NCBI GenBank assembly: GCA_965207455.1
Contig: CBDBMJ010000001.1
Span: 1,344,001 to 1,408,000, forward strand
Source of the DNA: Bdellovibrionota bacterium
Lineage (GTDB): Bacteria > Bdellovibrionota > UBA1018 > CAIPTA01 > JAALKR01
Direction: 5' to 3'
Length of the DNA stretch: 64,000 nucleotides
Below the pieces are notes generated by a model. It saw nothing but the letters and a program-made list of their open reading frames with translations, did no database searches and had not been told where the DNA came from. The first letter of the stretch is position 1. Each line of letters opens with the position of its first letter. This document shows, in pieces, positions 1 through 10,929 of this stretch. The position numbers were made by a program, and so were the translations under genes.

Positions 1-15
1 TCTATATTCACTTCT

Positions 16-1656
16 CTATTCTCCTTTATTCCCTTTTTCCTTACGACTTTGGAACATTTTTTTGAGTATAAATCTTTCCACTCTAAGAACTTCTGCCAAG
101 CCCAGCAGTCTAGCAACTACCCAATATGTAACAGTTCCCATAAGGACACCGCAAGCCAATATATATATTTGTTTATAAAAAATAATATCTTGCCATGTGG
201 GAGCATAATACAACCAATAATACCAAACTACAATTCCCATTATTGATCCGGCAAAGAATTGTCCTAAAAATCCAAACATTAATTCTTTGAAGGAGAGGTA
301 TCGAGCATAATAATGCGTAGCGGCATACAGTATGGAGCAGTGGCATAATGCGGAAACTGAGGTGGCCAGTGCTAGTCCCGTAAATCCCATGGTGTCTATC
401 CATAGAACGCATAGGACGATATTAATCACCACGGCCACAATTGCGCTGGCTACAGCTATGGAAGCCTTGCTTAAGCTATAGAGTATGGGGGTCATTATTT
501 TATTACAGGAGTAGGCTGCTAGACCGATGGAGTAACAAGCAAGAGCTTGGGCTGTTAGGATCACGTCCTTGAATCCAAAACTACCGTGACCATAGATTAC
601 GGAAGTAATGGGAACGCTTAAGACGGCCAACCCAATTGCGCTGGGAATGGTAAGAAAGGTGTTGATACGCAGGGATTGAGTAATAGTGGAGCACATTTTT
701 TTTGCCTCACTTCTGGAGTGGAGGATAGACACTTGGGTAAGGGTTACTTGGGCAATACTTACGCCAAAGACACCGATGGGAAATTGCATGAGTCGAAAGG
801 CATAGTTGAGCCAAGAGACAGCACCATCGCCCTGAGAGGCTGCGAAAAAAGAATTGACCAAAACATTTACTTGCATGGCTGCAAGTCCAACGGCTCCCAT
901 GCCCATATAACGTACAATTTTACCAAGCTCTTTATTTTTCCATTGCATGTCTAGGTGGAATCGAAAACCCTCTCTTCGTAGAGCAGGAACTTGTAAAAGC
1001 CATTGACCCATTCCTCCCACGAGAACACCTACTACCATGCTATATATCGGATGTATTCCCATTGCGGGTAATTGGGGAGCTAGGGCGAGCATGCTAAGAA
1101 TACAAAAAATATTAAACGATGCGGGAGCAAGTGCGGGAGTAGTAAAGCGATTACGGGCATTAAGCAGAGCCATGCATACAGCCGCAAGCACAATAATGGG
1201 AAGGAAGGGAATGAGCCAAGTGGTGAGGCTTACTGTCAGTTCAAATTTTCCCGGGGTTTGCCGGAAGCTATGGGCAATTAGGTCCACAATGGGTTCTGCA
1301 AAACAAATGCCTAAGGCGACCATCAGGGTGAGGATCGTACTCAATAGGCAAATGAGTTTTCGAGCGACACTCCAAGCAACCTCTTCTCCCTGCTTTTTTC
1401 TAATTTTTGTATAAATGGGTATTAGGGCAGACCTCATAGCTCCTTCTGCCAAAAGATCTCGAAAGAGGTTGGGGATTCGAAAAGCAATTAGAAAGGCATC
1501 TGAGGCGAAGCTAGCACCAAAAAAAAAAGCAAACACTTGTTCACGAACCAGACCCAGTATGCGAGATAGGGCTGTGGCCATGGAAATAATTCCCATGGAT
1601 TTGAAAAAGTGTGCATTCCCTTCTGTTGACTTTTCGTCCATGGTTTTTTTCTTCAT
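16..1656 (-). CDS. murJ: Lipid II flippase MurJ (MviN)
   Basis: SRILGLVRE, AFRIPNLFRDLLAEGA and YAFRLMQFPIGVFG motifs; about 14 hydrophobic segments. Confidence 0.96.
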   Translation of the reverse strand: MKKKTMDEKSTEGNAHFFKSMGIISMATALSRILGLVREQVFAFFFGASFASDAFLIAFRIPNLFRDLLAEGAMRSALIPIYTKIRKKQGEEVAWSVARKLICLLSTILTLMVALGICFAEPIVDLIAHSFRQTPGKFELTVSLTTWLIPFLPIIVLAAVCMALLNARNRFTTPALAPASFNIFCILSMLALAPQLPAMGIHPIYSMVVGVLVGGMGQWLLQVPALRREGFRFHLDMQWKNKELGKIVRYMGMGAVGLAAMQVNVLVNSFFAASQGDGAVSWLNYAFRLMQFPIGVFGVSIAQVTLTQVSILHSRSEAKKMCSTITQSLRINTFLTIPSAIGLAVLSVPITSVIYGHGSFGFKDVILTAQALACYSIGLAAYSCNKIMTPILYSLSKASIAVASAIVAVVINIVLCVLWIDTMGFTGLALATSVSALCHCSILYAATHYYARYLSFKELMFGFLGQFFAGSIMGIVVWYYWLYYAPTWQDIIFYKQIYILACGVLMGTVTYWVVARLLGLAEVLRVERFILKKMFQSRKEKGNKGE

Positions 1657-1661
1657 GAGTG

Positions 1662-2871
1662 CTACAGTTCTCGCCAGGTCTTCTCTGAAGATTTGTCGTA
1701 GTTGGCTACATTTCTCTGAGTTGTGGGAGAGCCTAGCTTAATGGTGGTGGAGAAAAGATATCGTCGGTCTCCGTCCTGCCCGGCATGTGCGCCAATTTCC
1801 TCCTTATAGGTAAGCAGTGATATTCGGGCAATACCTATATCCACGCTTGCTCCCATTGTGAAATATAATTGGTTGAAGCCGGCTTGTATGGATATAAAGG
1901 GGAGCGACAGGTTTGCTCCAAAATGGAAATGTTTGGGAAAGGGTTCCTTATCGGTGGAAACATTAAGGTGTGAGTAATCTAGGGCTATGGTGAGGTTGTC
2001 CACCGATCGGGTGTAACCATGTCGTCGGGCTGCTCTTCGATTTGTTTTCGCTCCAAAAGGAAATCGAGCGGCTACTCCAATGGTAATGTTTTCTTCCTCT
2101 GGTTCGGGACGCTCCCTGTCCGTAAATTTACCAAAAGACGTTCGACCCACATTATGGTATACGAGAGCAACCGTATATTCTTGACGAGATCTTATGGGAA
2201 GTTGGTATTGAGTTCCCAGTGTAATACCGGTGCCCACTCCCTTTGCCTGAAACTTTTTTAATAAATCTTTGGGAGGGCCAATAAGATCCTGCAATCCAAT
2301 CTTCTTGGTGCCTCCTCTTCTGGTTATATGCTGAAGGGAGAAACCCAATCGTAAGGGTTTTTGTCGATTGCTAACCATGGGCCTACCTATGCCTATACCT
2401 ATACCACCCACAACACCAAAGTCCTGCATATAGGTTATTGTTGTTTTGGGGAACACACTATTGAGCAAATTTATTTTACCTTTTAAACGGTAGTATGTGG
2501 AAAGAGCAAACTTGGGTGCAGTGAATTGAGCCAAGACAGAAGTACCTAAATTCACTGGTCTATCGACAATAGTGTCAAAAATATCCTGAATGGATTGATC
2601 TCTCCTTTAAGTTCCGAATATTTTTAAAATGTTCTATGCTCGTTCGGTTCACATCTAAACTGAAATTCAGTAATTGAAATTCTAGTTTCCTTTGCAATGC
2701 TAAGCCGGCTGGATTGTAGTGCAGGGAAAGCCAATCGTCGGCCACGGCACTATAGGCTCCTCCCATGGCAAGAGGAATAGTACCCCAATGATTACTGGGT
2801 AATTCCCTCGCTATCGCCATATTACTAATGGGCAAGAAGAAAAGAAAAAAGAAAAAAAGTAGGGATCGCAT
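1662..2871 (-). pseudogene. Outer-membrane beta-barrel protein (TraF-like/PorV/FadL-like N-terminus), split by one frameshift near 2600
   Basis: ORF 2575..2871 has a signal peptide and LAMGGAYSAVADD..L.YNPAGLA. The frame of 1662..2555 stays open upstream (RDQSIQDIFDTIVDRPVNLG) to about 2605, so one indel joins them; may be an assembly error. Confidence 0.7.
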
Positions 2872-2877
2872 CGTTTG

Positions 2878-3726
2878 TTACTGCCATGCCAAGTTTAGGG
2901 TGAAAATAAGAACAGCTGAGTGTTGTGACGGAGGATCCAATAGCTCTCCTGTGCAAACGTCTCTGCTTTTATGAATATTGGAGCAGTCAGGTGCTTCTAT
3001 TCCTGAACCTGGAGGAGGTATAAAAGTACTGGCAGCATCGTCACAAACTTCTATAAGCGTATCCACCGCAGTTTGTATTTCCCCGCCCAAGCCAGAATTG
3101 GCGAAACTATCGATGATTACACCAAAGGCAGCACCAATAGCACAAGCATCCTCATTATTTAACGTACTATTAGACGGAATGACGAGATTATAGACTAGAA
3201 CCCTCCCCTTAACACCATCTGCACTTGCCTGTCCATTACGACTAATATTGGACCCCACCATGGCGAATTGAACCAACATCATCATAGTGTTAATGTCCGG
3301 GCTTCTTTGAACAGCCATTTTTTTCTCACCATCTTCTGTCAGCACATCAATGGCATAATACATATGCTGTAGCCTTGATATTCCATCAGAAGCAGTTCCG
3401 CTTGGCATCGTCTTGGATAGGGCTTGAAAAATACTTCCACTAGCATCACCTATATTCTCAATAAGCTCGATAAAATGAAATCCAGCAAAGCAGGCATGGG
3501 TGGAAGCCTTGATAATTCGTATTTCGTCATTTACATACTTAGAGTCATACAGTGGTGTAATAGTCTCCTTAGCATCTTGGCAGTGACCATGGCTTAACGC
3601 TTGGTTGGCTTTATAAATGCGTGCATTTCTGCCATACTCCGTATCTAAATCAAAACGATTTCCGCAAGAAACCAAAAAAGGTAGAAAAAATACAATATAG
3701 AATATACCGTGTTGGAAATAACCCAT
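2878..3726 (-). CDS. Hypothetical lipoprotein
   Basis: Lipobox-like FLVSC after a hydrophobic stretch; GGAGG RBS; 6 bp from the downstream barrel gene. Confidence 0.7.
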   Translation of the reverse strand: MGYFQHGIFYIVFFLPFLVSCGNRFDLDTEYGRNARIYKANQALSHGHCQDAKETITPLYDSKYVNDEIRIIKASTHACFAGFHFIELIENIGDASGSIFQALSKTMPSGTASDGISRLQHMYYAIDVLTEDGEKKMAVQRSPDINTMMMLVQFAMVGSNISRNGQASADGVKGRVLVYNLVIPSNSTLNNEDACAIGAAFGVIIDSFANSGLGGEIQTAVDTLIEVCDDAASTFIPPPGSGIEAPDCSNIHKSRDVCTGELLDPPSQHSAVLIFTLNLAWQ

Positions 3727-3766
3727 AAAAGAAAACCTCCTTGTTGTCCTCTATATTTATTTTAAC

Positions 3767-4975
3767 TTACTTGGAGAGCTTTTGAAATGCAGAAATAAGG
3801 CGACCCATGCCTTTCTCTAGACTTTTTTTCTCCACGGAAAAGCTAATGCGTATACAACGATCTTCTCCAAAAGCAGAGCCGGGTACAATAGCCACTAGCG
3901 CACTTTTTAACAGGTATTTGGAAAGATCAACACTACTGTTGATAGTAACTCCGTCGGGAGTCTTCCGCTTAAAATAGCAGGATATGTCCGGAAAACAATA
4001 AAACGCTCCCTGCGGTTCTTTCAAAGTAATTTCCTTTTCTTGAGCCAAGTGTTCTACAGCAATATCTCTGTTGATCCTCAACGTCTCCCTTAAGTTGTCC
4101 ATATAAGATGCGGGAAGATCGAGGGCTACTTGGGCCGCTGGCTGCACAAAGCTAGTAATATTAGAAATGGATTGCCCCTGTAAAGTTCCAACCGCTTTAA
4201 TAAGGGATTTTTCCCCAGCAATAAAACCCACACGCCAACCAGTCATGGCATGGGATTTGGAAAGCCCGTTCATGGTAACAGTACGTCGATACGCATCTTC
4301 AGAAAGAGTGGCAAAAGAACAAAAGAGATCTTCATAGACAAGCTCTCCATAAATTTCATCGGATAATACAAGTATATTTGTACCCTCTAGAACTTTTGCA
4401 ATCGCCTCCAAGTTTTCCTTACGCTGTATGGCTCCCGTGGGATTATTGGGAGAATTTAAAATAAGCAGTCGAGTCTTGGAACTTATGGCATTAGCAATCA
4501 CTTTAGGATCAATTTGAAACCCGTCCTCTGGATTTGTGGGTATCCACACAGGAATGCCACCAGCTAATTTCACTATGGGAGGATAGGATACCCAGTACGG
4601 TGTGGGAATTAACACTTCACTCCCTGGATTGACCAAAGCAAGAATCGTATTGAAGAAACCTTGCTTAATCCCGGAGGACACGGTTATTTGTTCTTCCAAG
4701 TACGGTATACCCCAACGATCCCCATACCATTGGGCAACTCGTTTTCGTAATGCGGGAATTCCGTTTGCAGGAGTATAACGAGTCTTGCCCTCTTTCATTG
4801 CCCTGGTAGCCGCAGATTGTATGCTTGGGTCCGTAGAAAAATTTGTTTCCCCAGCCGTAAGATTCACCACATCTATATCTTCTGCCTGCATGGATTTTGC
4901 TAAGGCATTTAACTCCAGTGTGGGAGAAGGCTTTAGTTCCTGTAGACGATCACTTAGTGTGAAAAGAGGATCCAT
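3767..4975 (-). CDS. PLP-dependent class I aminotransferase (aspartate aminotransferase-like)
   Basis: NSPNNPTG, SDEIY and GLSKSHAMTGWRVG motifs. Confidence 0.93.
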   Translation of the reverse strand: MDPLFTLSDRLQELKPSPTLELNALAKSMQAEDIDVVNLTAGETNFSTDPSIQSAATRAMKEGKTRYTPANGIPALRKRVAQWYGDRWGIPYLEEQITVSSGIKQGFFNTILALVNPGSEVLIPTPYWVSYPPIVKLAGGIPVWIPTNPEDGFQIDPKVIANAISSKTRLLILNSPNNPTGAIQRKENLEAIAKVLEGTNILVLSDEIYGELVYEDLFCSFATLSEDAYRRTVTMNGLSKSHAMTGWRVGFIAGEKSLIKAVGTLQGQSISNITSFVQPAAQVALDLPASYMDNLRETLRINRDIAVEHLAQEKEITLKEPQGAFYCFPDISCYFKRKTPDGVTINSSVDLSKYLLKSALVAIVPGSAFGEDRCIRISFSVEKKSLEKGMGRLISAFQKLSK

Positions 4976-4981
4976 GGAAAC

Positions 4982-5476
4982 TTAACGTTCTTTCTCGTTA
5001 TGTTTTTTCAGCATCGAATTGGCCACATTGATGGGCACATAATCCTTAGGGTTGCCTCCCAAAGAAACCATCTCCTTTAATAAGGAAGAACTAAGAAAAA
5101 AATACTCCTTACCCGTAGCCATAAAAAGAGTTTCTATTTTTACATTTAAGTTTTTATTCATAGAAGCCATGTCAAACTCATGTTCAAAATCCTTTGTGGC
5201 ACGCAGTCCTCGAAGCAAAAGGTAAATATTATGTTTTTTGGCATGTTCCATAATCAACCCCGAACAAGAGTCCACCCTTACTTTAGGATTATTCACAAAT
5301 ACTTCCCCAATCAGTGCCACCCTCTCCTCCACTGAAAAAAAGGAATGTTTCTTTGTTTTATTTTCCGCTACCACCACAAGAATTTCGTCAAATATGGATA
5401 AACCCCTTTGGATAATATCCAAATGCCCATTAGTAAATGGGTCAAAAGAACCGGGGTACATGGCAATCTGCTGCAT
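4982..5476 (-). CDS. coaD: Phosphopantetheine adenylyltransferase
   Basis: YPGSFDPFTNGHLDII, RGLR...DFEHE, LSSSLLKE. Confidence 0.97.
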   Translation of the reverse strand: MQQIAMYPGSFDPFTNGHLDIIQRGLSIFDEILVVVAENKTKKHSFFSVEERVALIGEVFVNNPKVRVDSCSGLIMEHAKKHNIYLLLRGLRATKDFEHEFDMASMNKNLNVKIETLFMATGKEYFFLSSSLLKEMVSLGGNPKDYVPINVANSMLKKHNEKER

Positions 5477-5551
5477 TCCCCCATACTATACGCTTAGAGG
5501 GAATAGGTAAACGCATTAAAACTAGAGTGTCCAAAATAGAGCAAATAGGCT

Positions 5552-6532
5552 ATGGTGAGGGCAAGGAATACATCAATGATTGGATTTCAAGACTCCTTTT
5601 TTTTTGAATCAAACACTCCACCACCGCTACTGGAGAAATACCCTTTTTTCCGTAAAAGAATCCAAGCCCTCCATCACTGTGGAATATACCTGGGCACAAG
5701 CTCTTGGAAATTTCCCGGATGGAAGGATCTTGTTTACAACAGGCACTATGCCTCGGAACTACAATTTCAAAAAAACTGCCTAGAGGAATATACCGAACTA
5801 TTTACCAGCGTGGGCGTGGACTTTACTTTCTACAACTGGCCTCAGCCAAACACAATAGAATCCTTGTTACCCATGGTTCCAGAGAATTTCCCCCTATGCT
5901 TTAAAGTTACCGATAGGATTACCCTTCCCTATTTTCCCTCTATCCCCCGATTTGGACAGTTGATGGGCCAACGAAATCCTGAGTTTTTAGACGCTAACGT
6001 ATTTCAAAAGAAATTTCTCCAACCCTTGGCAAAACTAAGAAACAGACAAGGGCTATTTTTATTTACTTTTTCTCGACTCCATCAAGAACATCTCCCCTCC
6101 TTCCGTCAATTTTTCCAATCCATACCTAGAGATATTCCATACGCCATAGAAATGCGTGAACCCCAGTGGATAAATAAATCCTTCTACCGCTTATTGACAG
6201 ACTTAGACCTAAGCCCCGTATTCAATGCTTGGACAAATATGCCTCCCCTAAAACTTCAGTGGAATTGCTACCAATCCTTGGGCGCAACACTCTCTCAACC
6301 CATAGTAGTACGGGCAATGGTCCAGCCCGATACAAGCCACGAACAATCCGTCGCTCGTTTTTCTCCATTCCAAGAAGTCCAAAGACACTACGAAGATTTT
6401 CACGAAGACGTACAAATCATCCTTTCTTGCTGTCAAACCCAACAACAAAAAGGGTTTTTTCTTATTGGCAATGGCCTAGAAGGCTGCGCCCCGTGGACAG
6501 TGGCAAAAATCCTACGTCGATGGGAGGAGTAA
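5552..6532 (+). CDS. DUF72 family protein
   Basis: YLGTSSWKFPGW, DFTFY.WP, FKV...ITL, YAIEMR; start may be at 5576. Confidence 0.85.
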   Translation: MVRARNTSMIGFQDSFFFESNTPPPLLEKYPFFRKRIQALHHCGIYLGTSSWKFPGWKDLVYNRHYASELQFQKNCLEEYTELFTSVGVDFTFYNWPQPNTIESLLPMVPENFPLCFKVTDRITLPYFPSIPRFGQLMGQRNPEFLDANVFQKKFLQPLAKLRNRQGLFLFTFSRLHQEHLPSFRQFFQSIPRDIPYAIEMREPQWINKSFYRLLTDLDLSPVFNAWTNMPPLKLQWNCYQSLGATLSQPIVVRAMVQPDTSHEQSVARFSPFQEVQRHYEDFHEDVQIILSCCQTQQQKGFFLIGNGLEGCAPWTVAKILRRWEE

Positions 6533-6757
6533 GAAAAACCCATACCCTCCAATCCCTCCAAAAAAAGAGAAATGCACCGCGCAACCAGCAGTAGATCTTA
6601 CTTGGTTTGAATAAAAAAATCTTTAAAACCAAGCGTTTGTCGCTTTTCTCCCAAAAGACTTTTCCCTTTACTTTTAAAGCGCAAAGCATTAATGTAGGAC
6701 GAATAATGCTGATAATGCTGATTTTTGAAGCATTACTAACTGAATAAAGAAGAAATT

Positions 6758-7486
6758 ATGATGGAAAATAAAAAATTGATCGCTGCTTTATTTATAGCTG
6801 CTACCTTTTTAGCACCTCAAAAAGGAGCGACTACAGGAAAAGGAAGTAACTGCTATTCTCAAAAACACTACGAGACAATAACCAGTAAGGAATTTATCCT
6901 TTCTGCAAAGCTATGTGGCGCGAAACTAAAGCATGCGCCTCTAAAATATGTGTATCTGTGGAAGGCGAATCTAACAGATGCAGATCTACGTTATGCAGAT
7001 CTAACTAGTGCAGACCTGTGGAAGGCAAATCTAAGAGGTGCAGATCTACGAAATGCGAATCTGTATAAAGCGAAACTGCGAGAAGTAAAACTCTTTGATA
7101 CAAAACTTCGTGATGCGAATCTACAGAATGCGGATCTGCATGGTGTGAACCTAAGTAAGATAGATCTAAGTGGTATGAACCTAAGCGCTGCCATTCTAAG
7201 TCATGCCGATCTAAGTGGTGCAAATCTAAGCGACGCAAATTTGAAAAATGCAGATATGCGAAAGGTAGTAATTGATGAGGAGCTAAACCTAACAGGCACG
7301 GATCTAAGTGGTGCAAATTTCAAAGATACAAATATGCAAAAGATAGTGATTGATGAGGAAACGATTCTGACAGGTGCTAACCTTACAGGCGCAAACTTGA
7401 GCATAGAACTACTGTGCCGAGCGGAAAAAGAAGAGCTAACATTAGGCCTTGCTAACTCATTCTTCGCATTTTTTCAGTGCGACTAA
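6758..7486 (+). CDS. Secreted pentapeptide-repeat protein
   Basis: N-terminal signal peptide followed by about 30 A(D/N)Lxx repeats. Confidence 0.9.
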   Translation: MMENKKLIAALFIAATFLAPQKGATTGKGSNCYSQKHYETITSKEFILSAKLCGAKLKHAPLKYVYLWKANLTDADLRYADLTSADLWKANLRGADLRNANLYKAKLREVKLFDTKLRDANLQNADLHGVNLSKIDLSGMNLSAAILSHADLSGANLSDANLKNADMRKVVIDEELNLTGTDLSGANFKDTNMQKIVIDEETILTGANLTGANLSIELLCRAEKEELTLGLANSFFAFFQCD

Positions 7487-7552
7487 GGCACTTCAACCAC
7501 AAAACAACCACAGTAAACAGCGAAAACCAAGACCCTGCTGAATAATTTAAAG

Positions 7553-8188
7553 TTAGCTCCAGTCCACGGGAACTTCGAGGTTGGAGCCGTCTGCTTTAGC
7601 AATTTTAATAAAATCATTTTTCATGCCGAACTGGAATACATCTCTGGTGATAGCCACGTCCTGTTTGCAGTATTCAATAATTTTGTCGACCTTGCCTTCT
7701 TGCCACCATTGCACCGCTAAGGTGCCTTCTGCGCTTTTTCCCGTTCCGAGGGTGGCACTGGCAACTTTTTCCAATTTTATGAATTTCCAGTTACTGGCGT
7801 TTCGTATATCCAACATAATGTCAAAGGAGTCTACTAGGCTTAGGTCGAGGCCATATTTTTCCAGTATGGGCAGATCAAAGCCTTCAGAGTTATAGCCCAC
7901 CACAAGGCGTTCCTTGCATAGCGTGATAAGGGAGCTTAGCTCCGATTCCTTAAAGGTGAGCATTTCGTTTGTTTTCGAGTCGTAGGCACAGCCAATGGAG
8001 ACCTCCAGTTGAGCTAAATTCTTCCAACCGCCCACTGCGTCTACCAAGGTTTTCGTTTCCAGATCAAACACCAAGTAGTGCTCATTGCGCTGGAAAAGGC
8101 TCCCAGAACCCACATCTCCCGCAGAGGGGATGCTCATATCATGGGTCCAAAAACTGGGGCTAATCTTTATGCGAGTAGTTTGTGACAT
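7553..8188 (-). CDS. Ribonuclease H-like (DEDD) domain protein
   Basis: VFDLET, VGYNS.GFDLPIL, KLEKVA.ATLG.GKS, YCKQDV.IT. Confidence 0.85.
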   Translation of the reverse strand: MSQTTRIKISPSFWTHDMSIPSAGDVGSGSLFQRNEHYLVFDLETKTLVDAVGGWKNLAQLEVSIGCAYDSKTNEMLTFKESELSSLITLCKERLVVGYNSEGFDLPILEKYGLDLSLVDSFDIMLDIRNASNWKFIKLEKVASATLGTGKSAEGTLAVQWWQEGKVDKIIEYCKQDVAITRDVFQFGMKNDFIKIAKADGSNLEVPVDWS

Positions 8189-8291
8189 TTTTTATAGAGA
8201 TACCACAATCCGTATTGACCTTGCTAGTTTCATGCTTCATATTTAGTATTCATGAAAAAAAACGAAAACAAACAAAAAAGGAGACAAAAAA

Positions 8292-8903
8292 ATGGAACAT
8301 AATAAAACAACTCCAGATAGGAGAAATTTGGTACAAACCCCTGCCCCGGACTTCAAAGGCACTGCCGTAGTCGGTCAGGATTTTAAGGATATTCAACTAT
8401 CTAACTTTAAAGGCAAGTGGCTTTGCCTCTACTTTTACCCCCTGGACTTCACCTTTGTGTGTCCCACAGAAATCACAGCTTTTTCTGATCGCATGGACGA
8501 CTTTAAAAAGCTTAACTGCGAAGTTGTGGGCTGCTCAGTGGATAGTCAATTCTCCCACTTGGCATGGATTAACACACCTAGAAATAAGGGCGGGTTAGGC
8601 GAATTGCGTCATCCCCTGCTAGCAGACCTAGGTGGTACTATCGCAAAGGACTATCAGGTGCTTTTACCAGAGGGAATCGCACTGCGAGGGCTTTTCCTGA
8701 TCAATCCTAAGCAGGAGTTAATGTACCAGGTGGTGCATGCTCTAGGTGTCGGGCGCTCAGTAGAGGAAACACTTCGTGTTTTAGAGGCATTCCAACTGAA
8801 TGAGAAAACAGGAGAGGTTTGCCCTGCCAACTGGTCTAGGGATAATTCCAAGACTATGAAGCCAGACCCTAAAGGCTCACAGGAGTACTTTGGTGATCGC
8901 TAA
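8292..8903 (+). CDS. ahpC: 2-Cys peroxiredoxin (AhpC/TSA)
   Basis: [13 protein letters not shown] and GEVCPANW. Confidence 0.95.
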   Translation: MEHNKTTPDRRNLVQTPAPDFKGTAVVGQDFKDIQLSNFKGKWLCLYFYPLDFTFVCPTEITAFSDRMDDFKKLNCEVVGCSVDSQFSHLAWINTPRNKGGLGELRHPLLADLGGTIAKDYQVLLPEGIALRGLFLINPKQELMYQVVHALGVGRSVEETLRVLEAFQLNEKTGEVCPANWSRDNSKTMKPDPKGSQEYFGDR

Positions 8904-8967
8904 GTAGCCGAGAATAAGTTGCCGAGTTCATCCCAGCATGTTCATGCCAGCATGGACTTGGTAGCTT

Positions 8968-9729
8968 TTATTTTTTCACTAGACCCATCTTTTTCGCTCG
9001 CCTAGCTTCTGCAGATTTGGGAGCTACTTGATTGAGCTCATTGGCAAAGAGAGCTCCTTGATCCCTTCTCCTTTTCTTTTGAAAAGACTCCGCAATCTTC
9101 AAGGTAGCCTTTCTCCAACTTTGACTTTTTTTAGAAGCTTTTTCATAAACCCGACTATAGGCAAGGATAGCCCTGTCGTACATTTTTTGAAAAAAGAGGG
9201 AATTGCCCAGGTAAAGATTGGCTTGGATATAATTTTTAGACCTGGGGTGCTTCTGAACAAAAGCTTGAAATTCCTTGCTAGCCCTTCCGTAGCTTCTTTT
9301 TTTATAATAGCCTAGAGCCCTAGCGAAAGACGGAGATTTTTTAGAACGTCGACTACTTCTAGTTGTTAGCTTTCGAATATTTTCTCTTTTTATTTTTTTG
9401 ATCTCCTCAAATAGAAGACGCTGTTTTTTTCGTATCTCTGCTTGCTGTAACTCCAACTTGGAAAAGCCCGCTGCAAGACCATTCAAAAGCTCCTGTTGCT
9501 TTTCTTTCTCTTTTTGTTGGCTGTGGAGAAATTCCTCCACTTTTCCTTGGATCTTTCCGATATTTGCCTGCATTTGATCCAGATTTTCTGAGTGCTCAGC
9601 TATATTCTGGTTCATATTTTTCTGTACTGTTTCCTGCTCCTTTTCCCGCGCCACGTCCGCATTTGTTTTAATACAAGCAGCACTAAGAAGGAGTAATAAG
9701 GATAGGATAGGAAATTTTATCTTATTCAT
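8968..9729 (-). CDS. Tol-Pal associated TPR lipoprotein (CpoB/YbgF-like)
   Basis: Lipobox SAAC, coiled coil, C-terminal TPRs; lies downstream of pal. Confidence 0.75.
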   Translation of the reverse strand: MNKIKFPILSLLLLLSAACIKTNADVAREKEQETVQKNMNQNIAEHSENLDQMQANIGKIQGKVEEFLHSQQKEKEKQQELLNGLAAGFSKLELQQAEIRKKQRLLFEEIKKIKRENIRKLTTRSSRRSKKSPSFARALGYYKKRSYGRASKEFQAFVQKHPRSKNYIQANLYLGNSLFFQKMYDRAILAYSRVYEKASKKSQSWRKATLKIAESFQKKRRRDQGALFANELNQVAPKSAEARRAKKMGLVKK

Positions 9730-10027
9730 CTTCGGGTTCCAGATCTTTAACGATGGAATGGAATTCTGCTTTCTCTGACAGTCGTCTTGTCCTCGAGGAT
9801 AGGATCTGAGCCAACTTAAAGTTCTTCAAGCGATAGGCCGCACGGGCCTGTAGGAGGCTATGGTAGGCCATTTGATAGTACTTAGGAGAGTTTGTCTCTG
9901 AGTTAGCATTTTTTGCAGCAAGAAAGGCAGCTTCTGCATAGGCCATTTGCTTATACGGTCTCAGGGATACCAGACCACAGCCACTGATGAGTATTGCCAA
10001 AGCTATCGTGATTGGCTTAAAAGGCAT
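9722..10027 (-). CDS. Small lipoprotein (DUF4398-like)
   Basis: Lipobox ISGC and an Ala-rich helical body; sits between pal and cpoB. Confidence 0.65.
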   Translation of the reverse strand: MPFKPITIALAILISGCGLVSLRPYKQMAYAEAAFLAAKNANSETNSPKYYQMAYHSLLQARAAYRLKNFKLAQILSSRTRRLSEKAEFHSIVKDLEPEDE

Positions 10028-10035
10028 TAATTCCT

Positions 10036-10527
10036 TTAGCGTGAGGTAATTCGGAAATTTCCTCTACGATTTTGGTAGTGACTGGCTGAAAGCAAGCGCG
10101 ATTTTCCATAGCTAATGGTTTCAATGCGTCCACCAGAAATGCCCATACGGATAAGGCGACGTCGAAGCGAATTCGCACGTCTCTCGCCTAAAGCTATATT
10201 GTACTGAATGCCTCCCCGCTCGTCGCAATGACCTTCAATTTGTACATTTAAGCTGGGATTATCACTTAAAACTTTATAATTATTCTCTAAAATACTCTCT
10301 CCATCACCCACTATGGAAGAGGAGTCCAGTGGGAAACGTACTGTTTGTAACCCCATGGCTTGACCAGAATCGCTATCCGCATCACCGTTTTCAATATCCT
10401 CGTCGGATACAAAACTGGACATAGGCATATCGTCAGAATCTACCATTCCTTTTTTTGCACAGCCCGGGGAAAATAAAACCATCATTAGTGTTGAACATAG
10501 TACCAGTAACCATTTTTGCTTTATCAT
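10036..10527 (-). CDS. pal: Peptidoglycan-associated lipoprotein (OmpA domain)
   Basis: IEGHCDERG..QYNIALGERRA, ISYGK, NRRG; lipobox PGC; start reassigned to ATG 10527 with GAGGT RBS. Confidence 0.92.
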   Translation of the reverse strand: MIKQKWLLVLCSTLMMVLFSPGCAKKGMVDSDDMPMSSFVSDEDIENGDADSDSGQAMGLQTVRFPLDSSSIVGDGESILENNYKVLSDNPSLNVQIEGHCDERGGIQYNIALGERRANSLRRRLIRMGISGGRIETISYGKSRLLSASHYQNRRGNFRITSR

Positions 10528-10929
10528 AAAAATTAACCTCTTTTTAAAAACATCTTTGTTATAAATCTTACTGGAAAAAAACAAGAATTTCGAGAATATT
10601 TTTATTTTTTTTCTCTCATATCCCAAGCAAAACAAATAGAATGTTTGGAAAACAGTCGCTTGTAGTCCCAACATACACATTATATTGTATTTTAGCCTCT
10701 TTTTTTACACGGTAAAGTAAAAGTATAAAGTATCCCGGGAAAAAACCGATACAATTAAATAAGGAAAAGGTGATCGATTCATGTTTATAAAGATGAAAAA
10801 ACGGCTACTCTATACCAAAAAAAAGTTACGATTTTTTGGTTTTTTATGTCTTCACGAGTTGGAAATGCTATACAAGCTATGTAAGAAGGGCACACTGTCC
10901 ATAGCGCAACTCATAAAATTCACATTTTT

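Noticed and set aside
1662..2871. Conjugation gene (traF) indicating a mobile element
   Set aside because: No other transfer genes; sits in a core envelope operon with murJ
6758..7486. Qnr/MfpA quinolone-resistance protein
   Set aside because: Has a signal peptide and generic A(D/N)Lxx repeats; nothing specific supports Qnr
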